Shown: piece by piece, positions 1 through 9,472 of the stretch | Position numbering within the stretch: position 1 is the first letter of the stretch | How the letters are laid out: each line of letters begins with the position of its first letter | NCBI GenBank assembly: GCA_965226495.1 | Contig: OZ245365.1 | Coordinates: 32,001-96,000 of the forward strand | Direction: 5' to 3' | Source of the DNA: Candidatus Marinacidobacterales bacterium | GTDB taxonomy: Bacteria; Acidobacteriota; Vicinamibacteria; Marinacidobacterales; DATDRI01 | Length of the DNA: 64,000 bases | The notes under the pieces: model-generated | What the model was told of the DNA's origin: nothing | Database searches by the model: none | Seen by the model: the letters and a program-made list of their open reading frames with translations, nothing else | Program-made: the position numbers and the translations under genes

Positions 1-198
1 GTCAAACTGCCCAGTCAGCCAGACGTTCACCTCGGCTTCGGCCGAAGTCGACCAGGTCTGCCAGTGGCCACCAGCCCACGTTCCCGTCTGTCCGGAGGCA
101 CAACATCTAATTAGGTTAAATGCTTGTGGCAGCGTGAAGTCCAACGTCCCGCGCACCTGCTCCACAGTGGCTGTGAGCCGATGATTCAGATGAGGCAT
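1..198 (-). CDS. possible island ORF downstream of alpA, open to the window edge (partial)
   Basis: ATG at 198 (MPHLNHRLTATVEQ...) with no stop before position 1; co-oriented with alpA; no recognisable motif. Confidence 0.25.
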   Translation of the reverse strand, partial: MPHLNHRLTATVEQVRGTLDFTLPQAFNLIRCCASGQTGTWAGGHWQTWSTSAEAEVNVWLTGQFD

Positions 199-231
199 GA
201 CCTGAACCGCGTTGAATCAGCGAAGGTCCTG

Positions 232-501
232 CTACCGGCGGCCATCGATCGTCTGGCGTTCCAATTCCAGGCGTGCCACCAGGGCGCGTATCTCATCGTC
301 GGTCCTGCCGGCGATCCGCGCGGCGTTAACGGCGGACACTTCGCCAGCCGGCCAACCCACGGCGCGAGCACCAAGGCTCACAGGTTTTGGCCAGAGGCCT
401 TGGGCGATACGCAGGTACAACGTAGAGCGCGGATAGCCGGATTCAGCTTGAACTTGCTTGCGTCGGAAAATTGCCAGCGTCGAGTAAGAGAACTGTGCCA
501 T
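232..501 (-). CDS. alpA: AlpA family phage regulator/excisionase
   Basis: FRRKQVQAESGYPRSTLYLRIAQGLWPKPVSLGARAVGWPAGEV matches the AlpA pattern. Confidence 0.9.
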   Translation of the reverse strand: MAQFSYSTLAIFRRKQVQAESGYPRSTLYLRIAQGLWPKPVSLGARAVGWPAGEVSAVNAARIAGRTDDEIRALVARLELERQTIDGRR

Positions 502-580
502 GTCTTGCCCCTTGTGGAGCGTTCCCGGCTCATCCGGGGAACGACATGGCGATCAGAGCATGGGCGAGGCCGTGCGTGGT

Positions 581-614
581 CGCAATTGCGGAAACTTCTT
601 CCGCAATTGCGGAA
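581..614. promoter_or_regulatory. paired palindromic operator-like sites upstream of alpA
   Basis: CGCAATTGCG at 581-590 and 602-611 (21 bp apart); the second extends to the 16-bp palindrome TTCCGCAATTGCGGAA (599-614). Confidence 0.5.
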
Positions 615-1349
615 CTAGTTGGAGATCTTACCTCGTCGTTCAAGAGCGTCGGGGATGCGTTTCAGGTGGTCTTCGATGGTGCGCGCAGAAACCCTTGCGC
701 GAAGCCCTATGGTCTGCGCCTCAATGACTTCACCCGCTTTAGACGCCTTGGAGATGTCAATGTTCGCCGCACGAGCAAGTGCGGCAATGATGGTCAAGAG
801 CGTTGCCCGCTCGCGCTGCTCCAGAGGTTTATCGAGAGGATCCATGGTGTCGCCCGGTTTCGACGGTTGTTGTTCTTCGGGCCCGAGTGAAGGTGAAGCA
901 AGGCTGGCAGCGACCGCGTCGAGGGCCTGGGGTCGGACCACGAGCAGACTGCCGACATCGAACGACGTGTCAAAACTGGAAAATAGTTGATAGACCACGT
1001 CATCCTTCCCCGTGACGTATGCCACCGGAATGTCGAATACCTCCACACGGGTGTCGAGCTTGACGTTGGGCAGCCCACACCTCGCTCGGTACCGGGTTTC
1101 TAACTCAGGGCGAACAGGGCCTTTCAGGAGGAGATCCCACACTCCTTCAACCTTTTCCGACTCGGCTCCCTCACAGTCTTGGATTGCTGTCATGGGTTTC
1201 AGGAGATTCACAGACAGTTGAAGCTTGCCATCCAGGCCCAGTCGGAGAATGTCATCCTCGTCAACATCGACGCCGGTCTCGGAAGACAGGTAATCTGCTG
1301 CCTCGTCGAGGTTCAACCACTCGCGGAGCTTCCAAAGGTTAGAAGTCAT
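615..1349 (-). CDS. island hypothetical protein with probable N- and C-terminal HTH-like regions
   Basis: WLNLDEAADYLS N-terminus and ARVSARTIEDHLK C-terminus; ATG at 1349 overlaps the integrase-remnant stop (ATGA). Confidence 0.7.
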   Translation of the reverse strand: MTSNLWKLREWLNLDEAADYLSSETGVDVDEDDILRLGLDGKLQLSVNLLKPMTAIQDCEGAESEKVEGVWDLLLKGPVRPELETRYRARCGLPNVKLDTRVEVFDIPVAYVTGKDDVVYQLFSSFDTSFDVGSLLVVRPQALDAVAASLASPSLGPEEQQPSKPGDTMDPLDKPLEQRERATLLTIIAALARAANIDISKASKAGEVIEAQTIGLRARVSARTIEDHLKRIPDALERRGKISN

Positions 1350-1480
1350 GCCCGGATCGCCACAATACCAGCCGGTGTCGAGGTGGCAAATCTGGCCCAC
1401 GACTCCATCAAGGCTCGACGACGCTCAAACAGGTCCGTGCGGCGATACGCCGCCTCGGTCTTGTCACGTACATGGGTCGG
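1346..1480 (-). pseudogene. C-terminal remnant of a P4-like tyrosine integrase
   Basis: THVRDKTEAAYRRTDLFERRRALMESWARF resembles the conserved H...AAY.R.D.F.RR.LM..W tail; the rest of the gene is missing. Confidence 0.8.
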
Positions 1481-1589
1481 GTCCTGAGAGCACTCCAGAC
1501 CCATGATGGCCGCCTCGCTGAATCGCCGGCTCGCTTCATCAACGTCTATGAACAAATCAGGAAGACAGGAGGCTCGGGCGGCAGCACGA

Positions 1590-1675
1590 TGGCGGAGGGA
1601 GAGGGATTCGAACCCCCGGACCTCTCGGTCAACGGTTTTCAAGACCGCCGCCTTAAACCGCTCGGCCATCCCTCC
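1590..1675 (-). tRNA. tRNA-Ser (anticodon TGA)
   Basis: GGAGGGATGGCCGAGCGGTTTAAGGCGGCGGTCTTGAAAACCGT...GGTTCGAATCCCTCTCCCTCCGCCA; long variable arm, encoded CCA; upstream TACAAT -10 at 1695-1700. Confidence 0.97.
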
Positions 1676-1703
1676 GCGCCTGTCTCAAGGAGTTATTGTA
1701 CCG

Positions 1704-1877
1704 CCCCCTGACGAGTTTTGGTTATGGCACCTCCGTAATTTGGGTGGCCCGCGGTGATTTGGATGACCCCCTGACTCGGTTCGGTTGTAGCAACCTCGTA
1801 GTTTGGGTGGGCAGCTGTGATTTAGGTAGTCCCCTTGACGCGGTCTGGTTGAAGCAACCTCGCCATTTTAGGTGGCC
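1704..1877. repeat. degenerate tandem repeat, 3 units of 63-64 bp (module B of the dispersed family)
   Basis: Units start at 1704, 1767 and 1831: CCCC(C/T)TGAC...GGTT...GCA(A/C)CTC(C)G..TTT(G/A)GGTGG. Confidence 0.8.
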
Positions 1878-2107
1878 GCACGACGAGGGGAACTCCGTGA
1901 CCTGGCTGGCCCCGCTACTGCGGGTGCATTGGGCTTCGAATTGAAAAAGCGGCGTGGGGATTTTCTCCACGGGTGATGAGGGCGAAAGCCCTCAGGGCTG
2001 GACTCTAGGAAGAAGTTATGGACCCATAACTCCTTATTTAACAACGGATTGAAAGATCGAATAGCAAGGTGTTCTAACGACAAACTTGTTTCCTCTGAGC
2101 ATGTTTC

Positions 2108-3499
2108 TTGCAAAGTACCGCGTCGACTGGAGCAGGGGTTCTCGCCACTGGATTCTCTTGTGCCTGCGAGCGACGCCCGACTCAATCGAGACTCGATATG
2201 ATAGAAGCGGACGGGGTCCCATACCGAGAGCGACTGGACGAGATACTGCTGCTGCTGGTCCGACACGGCAGCATGGCATTGCTCCTTGTCGATCTCTCTC
2301 AGTTGAGCCAGGTGGAGCACGACTACGGTTCCAAGGCCTACGAAAAGGTTTTGGACGACGCCACGCAGCTCTTTCGAGACTTGCGCGGTGGAGAGGTTCG
2401 CGCCACCGATATGCTGGCGAGCAGCGACAAGGGAGGCGACGCCTTTCTCGTGTTCCTCTCTCCAAAGCGTACCGGAGGCCCAGCGCGAATCGCCGAGCTC
2501 GAGGCAGCGGCGGCGAGGATCGAGAACTACTTCGACCAGAGGTTGTCAAAACTAGCATCGCCGTATGTGCAAAATCTCAAGGTGCCGGTCGGATACAGTC
2601 TCGTGCTCCACAATCCACTGGTCATGGCGGAAAGGTTGGTTACCCGACTCGTAAACGAGGCGTGGGAGTGTGTCCGCTATCAGCAACTGCAGAAGGCGTT
2701 CAAGAGTCGAGCCCAGATACTCGAGATTATCCTCAACGACAATTTGAAAACGCTCTTTCAACCGATCTTCAGAATGGACAACAAGGAAGTGATGGGTTAC
2801 GAGGCGCTTTCCAGGGGGCCGGAGGGAACGGTGTTTCAGAGTCCGCTCAATCTCTTCGAGGGGGCGGCCGAAGCCGATCTCGTCTTCGAGCTCGATCGCG
2901 CGTGCCGTCTCCGCGCACTCCGGAGCGGCCAAGGACTTTCTATGCCGACCAAGCTCTTCATCAACATTCTCCCGTCTTCTATGTACGATCCCGATTTCCA
3001 TGGCGCCCGTCTCCTGGACCGGCTGGAACAATTGGGGATCGCTCCCGAGCAAGTCGTACTTGAGGTCACCGAGAAGTACGCCATCGAGAACTATTCCCTT
3101 TTCGGTGAGGCGGTGCGCAACTTCACCAAGATGGGAATCGCGATCGCGGTGGACGACATCGGTGCCGGGCATTCCGGTCTGGAAAAAATCGCCAACCTGA
3201 ATCCCAAGTACTTGAAGTTCGACATCGAGCTGGTAAGGGATATCGACGCCAGTTACGTCCGCCAGGAGATGGTGAAGGCCCTCAAGATCTTCGCCGACAA
3301 GATGGGCTCCACGATCATCGCCGAGGGAATCGAGCGGCAGGAAGAGCTCGAGACCCTTCTGCAACTCGGCGTCGATCACGGCCAGGGCTATTTGCTCGGG
3401 CGACCCGAAAAGGGGTTGGGCGAGCACCAGTCGAAATCGGAGCTCCGCTTAGCGGACGAGCCCAAGCTCCATAAGGTTGCGACGAAACCCGCCTCCTAG
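2108..3499 (+). CDS. EAL-domain c-di-GMP phosphodiesterase with a degenerate N-terminal GGDEF-like domain (start may be ATG 2198)
   Basis: FQPI, YEALSRG, LFINI, LEVTE, DDIGAGHSGL, KFD, AEGIE, QGYLL; GGDAF in place of GGDEF. Confidence 0.88.
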   Translation: MQSTASTGAGVLATGFSCACERRPTQSRLDMIEADGVPYRERLDEILLLLVRHGSMALLLVDLSQLSQVEHDYGSKAYEKVLDDATQLFRDLRGGEVRATDMLASSDKGGDAFLVFLSPKRTGGPARIAELEAAAARIENYFDQRLSKLASPYVQNLKVPVGYSLVLHNPLVMAERLVTRLVNEAWECVRYQQLQKAFKSRAQILEIILNDNLKTLFQPIFRMDNKEVMGYEALSRGPEGTVFQSPLNLFEGAAEADLVFELDRACRLRALRSGQGLSMPTKLFINILPSSMYDPDFHGARLLDRLEQLGIAPEQVVLEVTEKYAIENYSLFGEAVRNFTKMGIAIAVDDIGAGHSGLEKIANLNPKYLKFDIELVRDIDASYVRQEMVKALKIFADKMGSTIIAEGIERQEELETLLQLGVDHGQGYLLGRPEKGLGEHQSKSELRLADEPKLHKVATKPAS

Positions 3500-3503
3500 G
3501 ACA

Positions 3504-4805
3504 CTAGGCAGGCTGAGCGGCAGTTATCCTCTCGAGCCCATCGAGATAAGGCCTGAGTGCTTTGGGGATGCTGACCGAACCGTCGGGATTCTGAAAGTTC
3601 TCCAGGATGGCCACCAGCGTTCTTCCCACTGCGAGGCCGGAGCCGTTCAGAGTGTGTACGAATCGAACCTTGGATTTCGCGTCCGGCCGGTAACGTATCT
3701 TCGCCCGTCGAGCCTGGAAGTCGGTGCAGTTGCTGCAAGAACTAATTTCTCGAAAAGCGTTCTGACCGGGAAGCCATACCTCGATGTCGTAGGTTTTGGC
3801 GGCAGAGAAGCCCATGTCTCCCGTCGATAGTGCCGCCACCCGATAAGGAAGCTCGAGCCTCTTCAGAACCTCTTCGGCGTCAACCGTCATCTTCTCGAGC
3901 TCTTCGAAAGAGGTCTCCGGGGTAGTCAGCTTGACCAACTCCACCTTGTTGAATTGGTGCTGGCGAATGAGTCCTCGCACATCCTTTCCATAGGAGCCGG
4001 CTTCACTCCGGAAACAAGGCGTGTAAGCGGTGTAGTAGATGGGAAGTTGAGCGCCATCTAAGACTTCGTCTCGATGCAGGTTGGTAAGCGGCACTTCGGC
4101 GGTCGGGACCAAGTAGAGGTCGCGCTCTCGAACCCTAAAGAGATCCTCCTCGAACTTGGGAAGCTGTCCGGTGCCTTCGAGGGAGGCGCTATTCACGAGG
4201 ATGGGGGGAAGCACCTCGCGATAGCCGTGGCTGTTGGATTGCAGATCGAGCATGAAATTGATGAGGGCTCGCTCGAGCTTGGCTCCGAGATCCAGGTAGA
4301 CCACGAAGCGGGCTCCCGACAGCTTGGCCGCCCTATCGAAGTCGAGGATGCCGAGCTCCGTGCCGATCTCCCAGTGCGGCCGTGGTGGGGAATCGAACTG
4401 TGGCAACTCGCCATGCCGTCGCACCTCGACGTTGGCTGAGGCATCGGGTCCCACCGGGACACTTTCATGGGGAAGGTTGGGGACGTTGAGCAAAATTTGG
4501 CGGAGGAGCTCTTCCACTTCGCGTTGCCGTTCCTCTTTGCCTTTGATGACATTAGATGCTTCTCGCAAACGGCTGCGCAGGGCGTCCGCTTCGTCCTTTT
4601 TCTTTTCCTTGAGTAATGCTCCGATCTGTTGCGACTCCTTCTGGTGGTCGTGGCGCATCTGGCTGATTTCGGTCTGGAGGCTCTTGCGTTCGCCGTTTAA
4701 CGTCACGACTTCGGAGAGGTCGACGGAGATCCCACGGTCTTTGAGCTGTGTAGAAACTAGGTCCAGATTGTCAGCGACGAAGTTGAGGTCCAACATCGGT
4801 GACAT
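3504..4805 (-). CDS. serS: serine--tRNA ligase
   Basis: MLDLNFV start, [58 protein letters not shown]; SD-like GGAGAGG upstream of ATG 4805. Confidence 0.97.
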   Translation of the reverse strand: MSPMLDLNFVADNLDLVSTQLKDRGISVDLSEVVTLNGERKSLQTEISQMRHDHQKESQQIGALLKEKKKDEADALRSRLREASNVIKGKEERQREVEELLRQILLNVPNLPHESVPVGPDASANVEVRRHGELPQFDSPPRPHWEIGTELGILDFDRAAKLSGARFVVYLDLGAKLERALINFMLDLQSNSHGYREVLPPILVNSASLEGTGQLPKFEEDLFRVRERDLYLVPTAEVPLTNLHRDEVLDGAQLPIYYTAYTPCFRSEAGSYGKDVRGLIRQHQFNKVELVKLTTPETSFEELEKMTVDAEEVLKRLELPYRVAALSTGDMGFSAAKTYDIEVWLPGQNAFREISSCSNCTDFQARRAKIRYRPDAKSKVRFVHTLNGSGLAVGRTLVAILENFQNPDGSVSIPKALRPYLDGLERITAAQPA

Positions 4806-4983
4806 GTTAGTCCTCTCCCGTTCCCGATTCAAAGCCCTGCTTAGGACCGTCGGCCATTGGCGGGAGCGGTTGACCCCGACCACAAATCCTTCTGCACCCG
4901 ATCGCACTATTTTGTGATCGGGGTTAAGATGCGCACTGTTTCCTTTCTGAAAGTCCGCGTACAGCCGAGTATAGGATGAAGAG

Positions 4984-5862
4984 ATGACGCATCCAGCCAG
5001 ACTCCGTAAGGCTGTGCTCCCGGCCGCGGGGCTCGGCACTCGTTTTCTCCCGGCCACCAAGGCTCAGCCGAAGGAGATGCTGCCCTTGGTGGACAAGCCA
5101 CTGATCCAATATGTTGTGGAGGAGGCGGTGGCGGCAGGAATCGAAGACATCATCATCGTCACCGGCCGCGGCAAGTCGGCCATCGAAGATCATTTCGACG
5201 TCTCGTTCGAATTGGAGAGGTTCCTGGAGGAGCGCGGAAGGGATGCCGAGCTGGCGACGGTTCGAGCCATCTCCGACCTGATTCAAGTTTCCTACGTGAG
5301 ACAGAAAGAGGCGCTTGGGCTCGGACATGCGGTGGGAGTTGCAGAGCATCTTGTTGGGGACGAGCCCTTCGCCGTGTTGCTCGGTGACGATCTCATCGCG
5401 AGCGAGGTGCCTTGCACTAAGCAGATGTTGGAAGTTTTCGAGAAAGAGCAAGGGCCGATCCTGGCGGTGATGAAGGTGCCTCGCGAGGAAATCGGAAGCT
5501 ACGGCGTCATCGCCGGCGAACAAGTAGGCGAGCGGCTCTATCGGGTCCGGGACATGGTGGAGAAGCCGGCTGCCGATGAAGCTCCGTCGGATCTCGCCAT
5601 CATCGGTCGCTACATCCTTACTCCAGACGTATTTTCCCATTTGGCGCGAACCGAAAAAGATCAGCGTGGCGAGATCCAGTTGACGAACGGTTTGCGCAGT
5701 CTGGCCTCCGAGCGTCCGGTCTTCGGGTACGAGTTCGAGGGGCAGCGTCATGATTGTGGGAACAAGCTAGGCTTCCTCAAAGCGAGCGTAGAGTACGCGT
5801 TGAAACGCCCCGATCTGGGGGCTCCCTTTCGGGACTATCTGAGACGTCTGCAGCTAGACTAG
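4984..5862 (+). CDS. galU: UTP--glucose-1-phosphate uridylyltransferase
   Basis: [43 protein letters not shown]. Confidence 0.96.
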   Translation: MTHPARLRKAVLPAAGLGTRFLPATKAQPKEMLPLVDKPLIQYVVEEAVAAGIEDIIIVTGRGKSAIEDHFDVSFELERFLEERGRDAELATVRAISDLIQVSYVRQKEALGLGHAVGVAEHLVGDEPFAVLLGDDLIASEVPCTKQMLEVFEKEQGPILAVMKVPREEIGSYGVIAGEQVGERLYRVRDMVEKPAADEAPSDLAIIGRYILTPDVFSHLARTEKDQRGEIQLTNGLRSLASERPVFGYEFEGQRHDCGNKLGFLKASVEYALKRPDLGAPFRDYLRRLQLD

Positions 5863-6025
5863 CCTCCCCGGCTCTTCCTTAGCTGGCGTCCAGGAAACGT
5901 CACTTCTTGCCCACCCGTGGGTGTCTTTACCCCCACCCTTTGGTCGAGTGGCCTAGCAAGTTACATTGTCACAATAGTTTGTAGAGATTTCTCTCTGGCA
6001 CGGATTCTGTATTCCTGTTGTCTTT

Positions 6026-8476
6026 GTGGAACTCTACTTGGTCTACAGGGCATCGGCCGCGGGCCCGCTGGACGACGTTTTGCGGGAAATCGTGCCCTAC
6101 CTCGGCTGGAAGTACGGCCAGAAGATCCTCGTTCTGGTGGCTATCGTTTGGGCGGTCCGCTGGTTTCTCGCGCGGTCTGGAGCCGGAGGCGATGGGCTAG
6201 TCGCTACTTTGTTGGGAAGGCTCTTTGGTCAGGGTTTCGAGAACGGCAAGCTTCGCCGCGAGGCGGCCCGAGCGGCGAGGGCCCGCGACTGGTTCGGAGC
6301 CGGACAACTTTACGAGGAACTCGGCGAGCTTGGCAAAGCCCTCGACTGCTACGAGAAGGGTGAAGAGCACCGCTTGTGCGGAGAAATCTGTTTGCGCATG
6401 GGTCGTAAAGACTACGCCGCCGATTGGTTCGTTCTTGCCAACGAAAAAGTTCGTGCCGCCCGTCTGTTTGCTGAAGCGGGGAAGTTGGAGCGTGCCGCCG
6501 AGATCTACCTCGAGGCGGGCTCGGCCTTGGAAGCGGCGGCGATGTTCGGCAAGGCCGGGAACTTCGAACGCGCCGGGGAGCTCTACAGTCGAGGTGGTTA
6601 CTATCTGAAGGCCGGGGTCGCCTATGAGAGCGCCGGTGATTTCCGGAGGGCGGCGGAGCTCTTCGAGCGCCAATTGGGCGAAGTCTCGGCCGGGGCGCAA
6701 GGGTACCTCTCCGAAAAACAACGACAGGAGCTGGCCCGGCTCTCGGCTCGTGCCGCGAGCGGCTTTCAAAAGGTGGGCGAACGAAAAAGGGCCGCCTCTA
6801 TTATGGAACGCGGTGGCCAATACGGCCTCGCCGCGGCGGTGTGGGAAAAGTTGGGCGAGCACAAGCGGGCCGCCGAGCTCTACCGAAAATCCGGCCAGAT
6901 GCACAAGGCTGCGGAGATGTTCGGGGAAGTAGGGGACTCGAGAACCGCTGCCTCGCTCGAAGGCGAGCACCAACTGTCGCTTGGAAATCAGCCGGTGGCG
7001 GCGGAGTGTTTCTTGAAGGCCGGTGACCCGGTTCGTGCCGCTGAGCTCTTCGAGACTCTTCAGGAGTACGGGCGGGCCGCCGATTGTTATGAGAATGCGG
7101 GTGCCTTCGCGGCAGCCGCCGATGCAGCGCTTCTTGGTGGGGACAAGTCTCGCGGGGCTGGTTTCCTGGAGAAGGCCAAACAGTTCGATCGCGCTGCGGA
7201 GCTTCGCATGGAGCTCGGTCACTTCGAGCCAGCTGCCAAGTTCTTTGCCGAGGCGGGTCGATTCTTCGAGGCCGCGAAAGCCGCCTCCCAGGCGAATTTG
7301 GAAAAAGATATGGTGGGTTATCTGCAACAGGTGCCCCCGGATGACACGCACTATACGAACGCGACCGCCCAGCTGGCTAAATTATTCCTTCGCCGCGGCT
7401 GGACCTCCCTCGCGATCGAAAAGCTACAGAGGGTGGTGGGACAAGCGGATGTTCGCGCCGACAATCTTCATCTTTGGGATGTCCTCGCGCAGGCTTATGA
7501 AGCCCAGGAGGATTTTCAGAAGACCGCCGATGTTCTACACCAAATTATGGGGGTGCAGTACAACTACGAGGGTGCCGACGAGCGCCATGCGCGAGCACTC
7601 GAACGGCTCGCCGCAGAGAAGTCCCGGGAAATCGAGCTCGAAAGCCCGGCGACGGCCCTAGGCGGTGGCACCAACGGCAACGGCCATCGGTACGAATTGC
7701 AGAAACTGCTTGGCAAGGGGGGGATGGGCGCGGTTTACCTTGCTTTCGACAGCTTGCTCAAACGACCGGTGGCCTATAAGGTCCTATCGGCCGAGCTGGC
7801 CCGGAGTGCCGACGCCCGCGATCAGCTCTTGGCCGAAGCGCGTGCTGCGGCCGCTCTCAACCACCCCAACATCATTACCGTCTTCGACATCGGATTTAAA
7901 GACGATCAGCCGTTCATTTGTATGGAGTTGGTGGAAGGTGAGAACTACGCCAAGATTCTCCGAACCAAGAAGCACCTCCAGATCTCCGAGGCGATGCATC
8001 TCCTCGTATCGGTCTGCCAGGGACTCGAGCATGCCCACCGTCGAGGAATAGTGCACCGGGACCTGAAACCTTCCAATGTGCTGCTGACCACTGAGAATCG
8101 AGTAAAAATCGTCGACTTTGGGCTCGCGCAGCTCAACCATGGCGACAAAGTGGTGGATGGGAACATGTCCATATCCGGAACCCCGAAGTACGTCTCACCG
8201 GAGCAAGCGCGGGCCCAGCCGACCGACCCTCGATCGGATATCTACTCGTTGGGTGCCTCTTTGTACGAGATCCTGGTCGGCCACGCCCCCTTCACCGAGG
8301 GGAATTTGGTGATGCACCATCTTTACTCGCCGGTTCCTCCCCTGCGGAAGACTCGACCCGAGATACCCGAGCCTTTGGAGGAGCTGGTGTTGCACTGCCT
8401 CGCCAAGCAACCCCAGGAGCGATTCCAGTCCACGGGGGAGATTCTCGCCTTCGCCCAGGCCGCCAAGCTTCTCTAA
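6026..8476 (+). CDS. Hanks-type Ser/Thr kinase with an N-terminal membrane anchor and a long alpha-solenoid (TPR/SNAP-like) repeat region
   Basis: GKGGMGAVY, VAYK, HRDLKPSN, DFG, GTPKYVSPE, SDIYSLG at the C-terminus; ~13-aa repeats A(A/G)ELYxxAGxxxx. Confidence 0.9.
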   Translation: MELYLVYRASAAGPLDDVLREIVPYLGWKYGQKILVLVAIVWAVRWFLARSGAGGDGLVATLLGRLFGQGFENGKLRREAARAARARDWFGAGQLYEELGELGKALDCYEKGEEHRLCGEICLRMGRKDYAADWFVLANEKVRAARLFAEAGKLERAAEIYLEAGSALEAAAMFGKAGNFERAGELYSRGGYYLKAGVAYESAGDFRRAAELFERQLGEVSAGAQGYLSEKQRQELARLSARAASGFQKVGERKRAASIMERGGQYGLAAAVWEKLGEHKRAAELYRKSGQMHKAAEMFGEVGDSRTAASLEGEHQLSLGNQPVAAECFLKAGDPVRAAELFETLQEYGRAADCYENAGAFAAAADAALLGGDKSRGAGFLEKAKQFDRAAELRMELGHFEPAAKFFAEAGRFFEAAKAASQANLEKDMVGYLQQVPPDDTHYTNATAQLAKLFLRRGWTSLAIEKLQRVVGQADVRADNLHLWDVLAQAYEAQEDFQKTADVLHQIMGVQYNYEGADERHARALERLAAEKSREIELESPATALGGGTNGNGHRYELQKLLGKGGMGAVYLAFDSLLKRPVAYKVLSAELARSADARDQLLAEARAAAALNHPNIITVFDIGFKDDQPFICMELVEGENYAKILRTKKHLQISEAMHLLVSVCQGLEHAHRRGIVHRDLKPSNVLLTTENRVKIVDFGLAQLNHGDKVVDGNMSISGTPKYVSPEQARAQPTDPRSDIYSLGASLYEILVGHAPFTEGNLVMHHLYSPVPPLRKTRPEIPEPLEELVLHCLAKQPQERFQSTGEILAFAQAAKLL

Positions 8477-8505
8477 GACCCCGTAACCGTGATAAAAAAG
8501 TCCGC

Positions 8506-9459
8506 ATGCGCGGACGATATCTACTGGGAGTGTTCGTGCTCCCGAGCCTACTGAGTGCTTTTTCTTTGCCCGGTGTCGGCGACGATTCCGATTACCGGGT
8601 AGTACATGGCTGGCCCTCCCTTCCCGAGGGCTTCGCCCTAGGGCAAGTGCCTGGCGTCGCCGTCGATTCACACGATCACGTTTTCGTGTTCCATCGCGGC
8701 AATCGTCCTATCATCAGTTTGGATGGCGAGAGCGGGGAGATCGTAGCCTCATGGGGTGACGGTCTCTTTGGGAACCCGCACGGGTTGGCAATCGACCAAG
8801 AAGACAACGTGTGGGTCACCGACATGGGGTCGCATCAAGTCTTCAAGTTCAGTCACGAAGGTGAGCTCCTCATGACGCTGGGTGAGAAGGATGTGCCGGC
8901 TTGGGATGAGACGCATTTCAATGAACCGGCGGACATTGCGGTGACGCCAAACGGCGATTTCTACGTCGCCGACGGATACGGAAACCAGAGGATTGCCAAG
9001 TTCTCTAAGGAGGGTCGTTTCCTACTCGAGTGGGGCAGCAAGGGCGAGGAGCCGGGAGAATTTGGTCAGCCGCACGGAATCGCGCTCGATGCCGAGGGCC
9101 GAGTCTACATTGCCGATCGCACCACTTCTCGAATTCAGGTCTTCGATGAGAACGGCAAGTTTCTCGATCAGTGGAAGTCCGAGGAGCTCGGAAGCCCCTG
9201 GGGTTTAGATGTCGGGCCCCGAGGTTTCTTGTACATGGTGGACGGTGGTGACTTCAAAGAAAAGCCTCCCGAGCGCAATCGGGCTTTGAAGCTCGATCTT
9301 AAGGGAAACATTCTTGCCAAGTGGGGCTCCTTCGGCAAGTACGACGGACAGTTTTATTGGGCCCACGACGTTGCGGTCTCGAAGAGCGGCGCGGTTTACG
9401 TCGTCGATGTGAACGTCGGAATGCGCGTACAGAAATTTATCCAGCTGGAAAGCCAGTGA
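8506..9459 (+). CDS. exported NHL-repeat beta-propeller, similar to peptidyl-alpha-hydroxyglycine alpha-amidating lyase
   Basis: Signal peptide; repeated PHGLAID, PADIAV, YVADGYGNQRI, YIADR motifs. Confidence 0.85.
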   Translation: MRGRYLLGVFVLPSLLSAFSLPGVGDDSDYRVVHGWPSLPEGFALGQVPGVAVDSHDHVFVFHRGNRPIISLDGESGEIVASWGDGLFGNPHGLAIDQEDNVWVTDMGSHQVFKFSHEGELLMTLGEKDVPAWDETHFNEPADIAVTPNGDFYVADGYGNQRIAKFSKEGRFLLEWGSKGEEPGEFGQPHGIALDAEGRVYIADRTTSRIQVFDENGKFLDQWKSEELGSPWGLDVGPRGFLYMVDGGDFKEKPPERNRALKLDLKGNILAKWGSFGKYDGQFYWAHDVAVSKSGAVYVVDVNVGMRVQKFIQLESQ

Positions 9460-9472
9460 TCATTACGCGTGA

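Larger units (their letters stand above)
1..1589. mobile_element. end of a decayed integrative element/genomic island inserted at the tRNA-Ser 3' end
   Basis: Order tRNA 3' end, integrase remnant, HTH-like protein, alpA is typical of P4-like/PICI-like islands; the other end lies outside the window. Confidence 0.7.

Noticed and set aside
1346-1669. 107-aa ORF as a real gene
   Set aside because: Its 5' part runs through the tRNA-Ser gene; only the last ~45 codons resemble an integrase
1704-1877. CRISPR array
   Set aside because: Units are similar along their whole length and degenerate; there are no identical repeats with unique spacers and no cas genes nearby
1940-2100. c-di-GMP riboswitch upstream of the EAL gene
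   Set aside because: A GNRA hairpin is present, but the conserved GEMM/class II nucleotides are not recognisable
4806-5060. N-terminal extension of SerS in the ORF track
   Set aside because: Overlaps divergent galU; homology and an SD begin at ATG 4805
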